Assembly (NCBI GenBank): GCA_013416795.1
Contig: RQSC01000030.1
Span: forward strand, 86,560 to 101,722
From: Prasinococcaceae sp. CCMP 1430
Taxonomy: Eukaryota > Plantae > Prasinodermophyta
Length of the DNA: 15,163 nt
Direction: 5' to 3'
Shown here: positions 7,672 to 15,163 of the stretch, piece after piece
Layout: each line of letters starts with the position of its first letter
Numbering within the stretch: the first letter of the stretch is position 1
Translations under genes and position numbers: made by a program
The notes under the pieces: generated by a model
What the model was told of the DNA's origin: nothing
The model's input: the letters and a program-made list of their open reading frames with translations, nothing else
Databases searched by the model: none

Positions 7672-9876
7672 TCAGGATGCGCGGGCACGCTTGCGAGCTT
7701 GCTCTTTCCCCAGTGACTCCTCGTGCGATTCGGCGGCGACCGTGGGCTCGGGTGTGCTCTGGCGAAGTGGGAGGTGCGCGTCCGCCATTGCCATCGCTGC
7801 TTGGAGCTTTGCCTCAAGCAGAGATGCCGCAGCGGCACGATCGCCGCCTTCGTTATTCGTGTCCAAAGGCGCCGAGGGGGCATCGATAGCTGCAGGAGAT
7901 ATGCAATCTGTGCCAACGAGCGGCTGCTTGGCTTCATCGTGTTCCGCAGACGCCCTTTCCAAGCGCGAGTACCGCCTGATCCATGCTCTCTGGTTCCGGT
8001 GAGTCCGCACGTAGGGCGCCAGAGCATCGAATGCAGCAGCGGGATTGGCAAACACCTGCACTCCTGCTAGCAAAATTGCATCCTCGATCGGAGTCCAATG
8101 CTTGGCAGTAGTCTCGGACAGGGTCAAGCCTGTCGCTGAGCTATCGTTTGTGCCAAAGATGTGGAACTTGGGCTGCGACTCTGAATCCGCGGCGTGTACG
8201 GCGTGCGCGAAGGCGGTGGCGATGACATCGAAAGCAGCCAAGCCCGGGGTGACTGCTGAAATTTTCGGGTTCGCGTCGTCGGTGCTAGCGTTGATGTCCC
8301 GCCGGAGCACATTTTTTCTCTTCCTCCACGCGGCGCATGATCGAGGCTCGCATAAGACCGGGCGCAGCGCCCTGTGAGCAGTTGACACTCCCTGGTACAC
8401 ATCCACTGCCGCAAGCACAATGGCATCCTCTACCGGCGTCCAAAACGTAGGTCGCCTCCAGCTCGTGGTGTGTTCTACTGCGCCCTCCGCGCGCTTCTGC
8501 TTCGCCACGCCAGATTCAGCTCCAGTTTCCATTGGCGAAGGGTCGGCCAAGATGGGCGCGCTGCCGTCTCGCGGAGAGGCGGACTGCTCAGGCTGGGGCA
8601 CATCATGCCGAACTCGCTCAGTGTCGCTGCCTCCTGCTGCCGGTTCGCTCGTGGTATCGGGCACATTGCCAGTGGCATCGCGTGGAGCTGCAATATTCTT
8701 TTCGTGGACATGTACCAATGCAGCAAGCTCAGGAGCAGTGCCGTCGCCACCGACCGCATCGATCATATCTGCCAGAAATGCTTCGGCTGGACCGGGACTC
8801 CCGGAGGATGCCTGCGCCAGCGCCTGGCGAGCTGCCTCGTCGGCACCGGCCGCGCCTGCGCCTGCCGCTGATTTCTCTGTCACCGCACGCGGTTCGATGT
8901 TCAGCAAGCTATCGATGGCGTCGCACAGCACACCAGCATCGCCAGATTCGCTCGCTCGTGCGATGTCCCCTTCGTAGTCACACTCGCCCCACCCAAGCGC
9001 TTCGAGATCGCGGCGTGCTTCCGCCTCCATCACCGCCGAATACGTCGTCGGCTTCAGGTCGGCTCCGCTCATGCCTGGATCCGCTGGCATCACTGGTTGC
9101 GACTGCTGCCCCAATAAACTCGAGTCCTCTCGTGGCGCAGAGGGCAAGATGCCAGGCACAGGTTCACCGTCGTCTGCCGCACGCCGCAGGGGGATGTGAT
9201 GGTGTGCCGGCAGAAGGCCACTGAGTGCTTCCATGGTGATGTGTTGTGGGCTTTGCAAGGTCTTGCCGACCAGCAATGCCACCAGCGATGCGGCGTGCGC
9301 GCTCTTGTCGAGCTTTCCTCTTGCCGTGGCTGCAGCCTTGCCATCGCCCAATGATGCCGCGCACATTGTCGGCAAATCCTCGAAGCGCCCCTGGAAGGGC
9401 GACGCCTGCGATCGCGCAAACGCACCAGCGGCGCTCGTGGTAGCAGTGGTATCCCCTTGTTCCTTGTCCGAGTCTTTCCCGTATTCCTGCGTGGGCTGCC
9501 AGCCGTTCATTCTCACAACGTGCGCGAGGTGCCCTGTCTTGGCTCCCAGAGGGTGCTTCTGCGAATACGCACCTACCGCAGAGCTGCCCTTGAAGCCCAA
9601 CTTTGAGAGGTGCGCAGGGTCTGCAGCGAACGTTGGCACCATCGCCACTCCCGCGGACAATGCACCCACTGGCGCGCCAGTCAAGCAGTAGAACAGCTCC
9701 GCGTAGTCCTCCAGTGCGAAATCGTGCGCGGGTGGAGCAGGGACGGGCGCGCCCATCGCGGCTGCCTCGGACGCCAGCGGCGCCTGCGTGACGCCAACCG
9801 CACCCGCGGCAGCCGCCCTGTCGGCGGCAAGCGCCTCCACGCGCGCGCGCGCCAACGTGCACGCCGCCTCCGCCAT
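7672..9876 (-). CDS. Uncharacterised protein of about 734 aa with two degenerate Myb/SANT-like repeats near the C-terminus
   Basis: Open frame of more than 2.2 kb. First ATG at 9876 (cagcgATGG); the ORF-track start at 10020 is GTG and an upstream exon cannot be excluded. Repeats: WTPVEDAIVLAAV...RSCAAWRKRKNVLRR (8442-~8300) and WTPIEDAILLAGV...RNQRAWIRRYSRLER (8097-~7955). Confidence 0.72.
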   Translation of the reverse strand: MAEAACTLARARVEALAADRAAAAGAVGVTQAPLASEAAAMGAPVPAPPAHDFALEDYAELFYCLTGAPVGALSAGVAMVPTFAADPAHLSKLGFKGSSAVGAYSQKHPLGAKTGHLAHVVRMNGWQPTQEYGKDSDKEQGDTTATTSAAGAFARSQASPFQGRFEDLPTMCAASLGDGKAAATARGKLDKSAHAASLVALLVGKTLQSPQHITMEALSGLLPAHHHIPLRRAADDGEPVPGILPSAPREDSSLLGQQSQPVMPADPGMSGADLKPTTYSAVMEAEARRDLEALGWGECDYEGDIARASESGDAGVLCDAIDSLLNIEPRAVTEKSAAGAGAAGADEAARQALAQASSGSPGPAEAFLADMIDAVGGDGTAPELAALVHVHEKNIAAPRDATGNVPDTTSEPAAGGSDTERVRHDVPQPEQSASPRDGSAPILADPSPMETGAESGVAKQKRAEGAVEHTTSWRRPTFWTPVEDAIVLAAVDVYQGVSTAHRALRPVLCEPRSCAAWRKRKNVLRRDINASTDDANPKISAVTPGLAAFDVIATAFAHAVHAADSESQPKFHIFGTNDSSATGLTLSETTAKHWTPIEDAILLAGVQVFANPAAAFDALAPYVRTHRNQRAWIRRYSRLERASAEHDEAKQPLVGTDCISPAAIDAPSAPLDTNNEGGDRAAAASLLEAKLQAAMAMADAHLPLRQSTPEPTVAAESHEESLGKEQARKRARAS

Positions 9877-10229
9877 CGCTGAGCCCCCTCCGTCAGCGCT
9901 GCCAGCAATGTCACCGGCCGCAGCAGGGGCACCCAACTTCAAATGCGCGCAAAAAGAGCCGCTCGTGGCGCGCGTGCGAGCCGCGCCGGCCGCCGCGCGT
10001 CCGCGGACCGCCCAGAGCACGGCGCTGGGAGGGGAAAGGGCGCGCAGGCGCGCGGGGCGCGCGCGACGTGTGGCGCGCCGGCTCGCGGCGTCAGCATGCG
10101 CCCACTGCCTCTCTGCGCGCTCGATTTCTATTTTTGAACATCGAGGTCAAATTGCATTTACTTTTGTTCGACAATGGCTTTTGATATGACATGCGGAGTG
10201 AGGTGCGCTGCCGGGCGTCGGCCACAGCA

Positions 10230-10258
10230 CCCCCCCCGCCCACCCCACCCCCTTCCCC
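10230..10258 (-). other. G-quadruplex-forming motif upstream of the tandem-Myb gene
   Basis: The minus strand reads GGGG AA GGGGG T GGGG T GGG C GGGGGGGG: five G-runs with 1-2 nt loops. Confidence 0.55.
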
Positions 10259-10336
10259 GCTCCTCCCAGAGGGCGGAGTGGCCCGCACGCGCGTGTACGT
10301 GTGTATTACTGTACTTATGTTACTGTATCTGTGACA

Positions 10337-10390
10337 ACGTGCGCACGCGCGCGTGCACGCGCGCATGCACGTGCGCGTGCACGTGCGTGC
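10337..10390. repeat. 54-nt perfectly alternating purine-pyrimidine tract (Z-DNA-prone)
   Basis: acgtgcgcacgcgcgcgtgcacgcgcgcatgcacgtgcgcgtgcacgtgcgtgc is an unbroken RY alternation. A second 22-nt tract lies at 10285-10306. Confidence 0.7.
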
Positions 10391-10415
10391 CGACGCGCGC
10401 GTGCGCATGCGGCGC

Positions 10416-11173
10416 TCATGGCCCGCCGTGCGCATCCGCGGGCGCACTGCACGCCTGTCTGGCGGCGGCGGCCTCCTCGCGCGTCTGCCCTAGCTTCCTC
10501 GTCGGGGCTGTGCGCCTGATGCAATCTGGCTCATGCGTGTGCGCGCGCGAGCGAGCGCGAAGAGTGCGCACACGCGGCGGGGGGCAGGATAGCACGTCAG
10601 CCTCGCGCGGCCGCCAGGTGCTCCTGCGATCGCAGAAGTGCAGCGGGCCCAGACGCACAGCAGGGGCGCCTGTGTCTGCGCTCGTGCACGCATGCGCGCA
10701 CGGGTGCGCGCGTGTCGCCCCTACCACTTACCTGCCATCTCAAGCTCGCTCGCCAGAAAGAAGGTGCCGAGCACAGACATCGCCCACTGCACACGCATGA
10801 GCGCAGAGGGTGTCCACATATACATTTGGCGCGCGCGGCAAACCGCGAGCGTGCGTCAGCGCGTGCCGCAGCGTGCGATCTGCGGCCCGCACCACCAGGC
10901 GCACTGCGTGCGTGGCGCAGCGCACGCGGATGGCAAACGAGGGAGAGCGCGTAGCGAGAGCGGGCGCGCACCAGGCGTGGGGACGGGCGCGCAGCTCACC
11001 GTCGCGTGGAGGACGATGGGCGTCCTGCGGAAGAACGAGCTCGGCGGGCTCAGCCTATGTGCGGCGAGCGCGGCGGCACCGGCCGTGGCCCCCACCGCCG
11101 CGGCGGCGGACGCGCCGGCGCGAACGCTGCAAGAGATGCACTCGTCCCGGTACGAAGGCGAGCTCCAGCCCAT
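10416..11173 (-). CDS. ENOD93: ENOD93-like small membrane protein, 3 exons, 112 aa (absent from the ORF track as a unit)
   Basis: Exons 11173-11000, 10786-10732 and 10525-10416 (339 nt). Donors GTGAGC and GTAAGT, CAG acceptors, CTGAC branch points. Product: MGWSSPSYRDECISCSVRAGASAAAAVGATAGAAALAAHRLSPPSSFFRRTPIVLHATWAMSVLGTFFLASELEMADCIRRTAPTRKLGQTREEAAAARQACSAPADAHGGP. It resembles recalled ENOD93 (CSHEGVLAGAKAAVVASVASAIPTLASVRMLP...AYFIVADKTVLATARK). ATG context cagcagcATGG shares agcagcATGG with the bZIP gene. Confidence 0.75.
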
Positions 11174-11417
11174 GCTGCTGAGGCGCGCTGCGGCGCAGCG
11201 TGCAGCGCGCGGTCCGCGGGGCGCAGCGCGTTCCGCACGCGGTGTGGCGCGCGCGAGAGCGCGCACAAACACAGTGGTCTGTGTGAGGCAGCCAACACCG
11301 GTGAAAGCGGCGCGCCTCTCGCCGCAAGCGCTCGCAGCAGGCCCGCGCGCCAAGGCATCGAAACGCACAGTCGGGCGTCACCAGGTCCGGAGCGGTGGAC
11401 AAACATTGCTGATGCAC

Positions 11418-11422
11418 TTACA
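11418..11422 (-). terminator. TGTAA polyadenylation signal candidate for the KEA gene
   Basis: Plus-strand TTACA, about 75 nt downstream of the KEA stop at 11496. Confidence 0.5.
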
Positions 11423-11495
11423 GGCCACGGGGGGCTCGACGCGTCCCTCGCTCACACACCGAACACTAGGCCCTGGCGCCGCCGCGACCACTCCA

Positions 11496-14400
11496 TCACT
11501 CGATGATGGCGGCCGTCTTGGGGACGTCCACGACGTCGCCGTTTCCGGACGCGCTCGACTCCGTCGCTGCGTTGCCGTTGCCATTTAAGGCTGCGTCGGA
11601 CTTGGCCAGAATCTGCAGGTCAGCAAGGTGCTGCCTCCGGAACTTGTCGATGGACGCCGCGATGTCGTCCGCAGGCAGCTTGGCCTCCGACAGGATGGCC
11701 GCGGCGAGCTGCAGCGACGGCTCGAGGGTCTCGGGGACCACCGCGGTGGCGCCCGCCTTTTCCAGCTGATGCCCGTGCTCGATGTCGTGCGCGCGCACGT
11801 AGATCTTGAGGTCGGGGAAGTTCTTGCTCATGGCCCACACCGCGCGGTAGTTGGCGCCGGGCGTGTCCAGCGTGATGACCGCGCCCGCTGCGCGGTCGGC
11901 GCCCACCGACTTGAGCACCTGCGGCGAGCCCGCGTCGCCGAAGAAGATAGGAAGGTCCTTCTTGCGGCCCTGCGAGATGCGCTCGGAGCGCACGTCCAGC
12001 GCGACGTAGGGCACGTTCTGCTCGCTGAGGATGCCGCCAATCAGGCGCCCCACGCGGCCGTAGCCCGCAATGATGACGTGGCCGGAGATGCCGTCCACGT
12101 CGCCCTCGGAGACGGTCATCGACGCAGTGTTCTCGGTGGCCATCTTCTCCGCGATGAGGGCGCCGAGCTGCGCCAGGTACGGCGTGATAGCCATCGAGAT
12201 GGCCACCACGAGGAAGAGGGTCGAGCTGAGCTGCGCCGACATGATGCCCACGCCCACGGCCTCCCCGAATGCCACGAAGGCAAACTCGCCGCCCGGCCCA
12301 AGCAGCATGCCCGTCTGAAGGCCCTGGACGACGCTCAGGCCGAAGGCCTTGCCCGTGGCGATGATCACCGCGAGCTTGCCCGCGACGAGCGCCACGAGCA
12401 TCGCCATGACGCCACCGGGGTTGCTCGTAAAGACGGCTGGATCCATCGACATGCCCACCGACATGAAGAAGAGGCCCAGCAGGATGCCGCGGTACGGCTG
12501 GATGTCCGCCTCGACCTGGAGGTGGTACTCGGTCTCGGCGACAAGGAGGCCCGCCAGGAAGGCGCCGAGGGCCATCGACAGGCCGGCGGTCTGCGTGGCC
12601 ACTGACGTGCCGAGCGCCACAAGCAGCGTGACCGACGCGAAGAGGTCCTGGTTGCCCTCGTCGGCGATGCGCTTGTACACGGGCCTGAGCAGCACGCGTC
12701 CGGCGGCGACGATGGCCACCATGGAGATCACCGCCTTAATGGCGGCGAACACCAGCGCGCGGGCAATGGTCGCGAGCGAGCTCCCCGAGTCCGAGGGCGC
12801 CAGCAGCGGGATGAGCATGAGCAGCACCACCACCGCGAGGTCCTGCAGCAGCAGCACGGAGAACGCCGCCCTGCCGTGCCTGCTCTGGCTTTCGCCGCGC
12901 TCGTTGAGCACCTGCAGCACTACGGCGGTGGACGACAGCGCGAGCGCGCCGCCGATGACGATGCCCGCCTGGGTGGTGAGGCCGCCCACGAACACGCACA
13001 CCGCGGCGATGGCCGCGCTGGTCACCACCACCTGCGACAGCCCCAGGCCGAAGACGAACTTGCGCATCGAGCTGAGGCGCTCGATGGAGAGCTCCAGGCC
13101 GATGTTGAAGAGCAGGAAGACCACGCCAATCTCACCGATGTGCTCGATGGCGTGCACGTCCGTCACGATGCCCAGCGCGTGCGGCCCGACCAGCAGGCCC
13201 GCCATCAGGTAGCCGATCACCGGCGAGCCGCCGGGCAGCTTGGTGACGAGCGGCACGGCCACGCAGCTCGCCAGCAGCAGCACGAGTAGGTCGGAGAGCG
13301 ACACGCCGGGCGTGACGGCGGCGGCGGCAGCCGCACCGTCGGCAGGCATCTGCATGTTGGCCAGCCACGGCATCCACTCAGGCGCCGTCTGCGCGATCTC
13401 CACCGACGTGTCCTGCAGCGCCTGCTGCAGGCTCGCGCCACCGAAGTACACCGCGGCGAGCACCGTCGCGGCGATTCCCACGTTGATCAGCATGCTGCGA
13501 TTGGCCTGCACCCACAGCGCCACCTGGTTGGGCTTCTTGGGCTCCGGCTCGCCCTCCTCGTCCAGCAGCTCGGCTGGCACCGCCTCGGCCGCCATGGTCT
13601 TCTTTTTGGCCTTCTTCTCGGCCTTCTTCTCGGCCTTCTTCTCGGCCTTCTTCTCGGCCTTCTTGGCGGCCTTCTCCGCCTTGGCCTCCGCCTTGGCCTC
13701 CGCAGCCCGCACCGCCTCCTCGGCCTCGAGCTCAGCGATGGACGCCTCGGCGTCCTCCGAGCGCACCGCGCGGCTGAGCTCGAGCGCTGCCTCGGCGATC
13801 GAGTCGGAGAGCGCACGCGCCTCGGCCAGCGCCGCCTCGGCGGCGTCCACCTCGCGCTCGGCGTTGACCTCATCCTCGAAGGCCGCCGTGGCGCGCTCCA
13901 TGGCCGCCTGCACCTCCTTCTCGGCCTCGAAAGCCGCCTGCTTGGCGTCGAGCACCTTCTGCGCGGCCTCCACCACGAGCATCTCGAGGTCCTCGCGCTC
14001 GCGGGACGCCTTCTTCTGCCGCGACACCGCGTCCGCCAGCGCCATGCGCAGGTCCATGGGCACCGACGGCGCCTCAGTCTCGCCCTCCGCCATCGCGTCG
14101 TCCATCTCCGCCAGGGTCGACTTGTTGGCCGGCGGCGCCGGCGCCTCCTTGGCCGCCGCCTCCGCGCCCGAATCCGCCGCGCCCTCGCCGCCTCCCTTGG
14201 CGTCCTCGCTGCCCCCCGCCGCGGCGTCGTCCTCGCCCGAGCTGCCCACGTCGTCGTCCGTCGCGCCGCCGCCCTCGGCCGCGAGGGCCGCGTCGGCGGC
14301 CTTCTTCTCGGCCTCCTTGTCGGCCTCCTCCTCTGCGAGCTCCGCGGCCGAGGTGATGGCCGCCTCGATCTCCTCGATCTCGCGCGTGGCCTCCTCCTCC

Positions 14401-14836
14401 GCCTGAAGGACCGCCGCGGCGCGCTCCAGCGCCTCGGCGGACTCGGCCTCGGTCGAGAGGACCGCCTGCGAGGGCGGGGAGGGAGGGGGCGGTCATCGAG
14501 CGGTCGGGTCAGCGAGCGCGCGAGCGCGCGCGGGCGCGGGGCGCGCGCGCGCAAGAGAGCGCGCCCGGCCGCGCGCCCGGCCGCGCGAGCGCGCCCCGCA
14601 CCTCCTGCTTCTCGGTGAGGATCTCTGCGAGCGCCTGCGCCTCCGCCTCCGCCTCATCCTTGACGATGGTCGCGCGCGTCTTGGCCTTGCGCCGCTCCTT
14701 GAGCTCGGCGGCGAGGCTCTCTATCGACGCGTCGTCCACTGCGATGCCCGCGACCGCCTCGCGGACCTCGCTCTCCACGCAGTCGTCCGCGCCCGCGCGG
14801 CAGCGGAGGCGGCGCGCGCGCGCGCGCTCGCCGCCG
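11496..14836 (-). CDS. KEA1/2: KEA1/KEA2-type plastid-envelope K+/H+ antiporter (CPA2 family with KTN/TrkA-N domain); 5' end unresolved
   Basis: A large exon 14465-11496 is joined in phase 0 through intron 14601-14466 (GTGCGG...CTGAC...CGCAG) to an upstream exon ending at 14602 (its start near 14836 is tentative). Long acidic Ala/Glu/Lys coiled-coil N-terminus, then CPA2 motifs FLLFNIGLELS, LSSTAVV, LLLQDLAVV, LGAFLAGLL.AETEY, PYRGILLGLFFM, GGEFAFV, then KTN motif IIAGYGRVG and VVPETLEPSLQLAA. RARARRLRCRA-GADD looks like the end of a plastid transit peptide. Confidence 0.95.
13609..13656 (-). repeat. In-frame 12-bp tandem repeat (4 copies) encoding (AEKK)n in the KEA N-terminal coiled coil
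   Basis: GCCTTCTTCTCG x4 on the plus strand, followed by a partial copy; protein ...KAEKKAEKKAEKKAEKKAKKK. Confidence 0.9.
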
Positions 14837-14851
14837 CTGCTCCCGCCCGCG

Positions 14852-14908
14852 AAAAAATCAAAAATCAAAATCAAAATCAAAATCAAAATCAAAGTCAAAA
14901 TCAAAATC
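14852..14908. repeat. AT-rich hexamer microsatellite (AAAATC)n, 9 units with variants
   Basis: aaaaaatc aaaaatc (aaaatc)x4 aaagtc (aaaatc)x2, embedded in otherwise very GC-rich sequence. Confidence 0.9.
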
Positions 14909-15128
14909 ATCGCGTTTCCGTGCAACGAGAATCTCCATGACAGTGTTGGCGAAAAACGCACAAAGAAGGCGCGAGTGCCACACCGCGCGCGGCTGGCGCC
15001 GGGCGCAGCAGGCTCCGGAGGGAAGGTGTGCGTGTCTGGGGAGGAGGGCGGGTGGACGACGCCGAGAGGGGGGTTTCCTTTGGCCCTGCGTGAGCGCGCC
15101 GTGCGGCATGTCAGATGAGGCGCCGCCG

Positions 15129-15163
<35 letters not shown>
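15129..15163. repeat. (GGC)n trinucleotide repeat running to the window end
   Basis: At least 11 perfect GGC units, truncated by the window edge. Confidence 0.9.

Noticed and set aside
7672-10020. Autonomous PIF/Harbinger or other transposon
   Set aside because: No DDE transposase, terminal inverted repeats or target-site duplication could be seen; kept only as an origin hypothesis.
10638-11588. 316-aa plus-strand ORF
   Set aside because: It overlaps the better supported minus-strand ENOD93-like exons and the KEA 3' end, runs through intron-like (CG)n sequence and has no motifs.
11503-14554. Long overlapping ORFs (11628..12605, 12349..13212, 13240..14406, 13487..14554)
   Set aside because: Antisense or off-frame shadows of the strongly GC3-biased KEA gene, with Arg/Ala/Ser-rich low-complexity translations and no motifs.
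2324-14601. Introner-type repeated introns
   Set aside because: The six introns share only low-complexity (CG)n and short splice motifs, with no alignable sequence between them.
14858-15118. ORFs translating the hexamer repeat as poly-IL, poly-DF or poly-KI
   Set aside because: Simple-repeat translations, and no frame connects plausibly to a known domain.
1-15163. CRISPR arrays, rRNA or tRNA genes
   Set aside because: No repeat-spacer periodicity, cloverleaf with A/B boxes, or rRNA signature was recognised; nearly all sequence is explained by spliced protein-coding genes and short spacers.

Overview
This is eukaryotic, very GC- and CpG-rich, gene-dense nuclear DNA with short GT-AG introns. 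It is most consistent with a compact-genome green alga of prasinophyte grade (inference from a plastid KEA1/2-type antiporter, a plant group-E-like bZIP, TGTAA signals and telo-box motifs). Eight coding loci can be supported: a bZIP transcription factor (+), a two-exon stand-alone type II thioesterase (-), a CEP76-like fragment (-), a heavily remodelled F1-ATPase alpha-like protein (+), a three-exon 7-blade RCC1 protein (+), a large low-codon-bias protein with two Myb/SANT-like repeats (-), a three-exon 112-aa ENOD93-like gene that the ORF track misses (-), and a KEA1/2-type K+/H+ antiporter (-, 5' end unresolved). A single N at 3920 joins two genes that both lack their 5' ends, so it probably hides a gap or misjoin. 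The most interesting items are the pseudo-ATP-synthase-alpha, the hidden ENOD93-like gene, the truncated CEP76 fragment lacking its catalytic Cys, and the compositionally atypical tandem-Myb gene. No rRNA, tRNA, CRISPR array or mobile element could be supported. Family assignments come from recalled motifs, not database searches.
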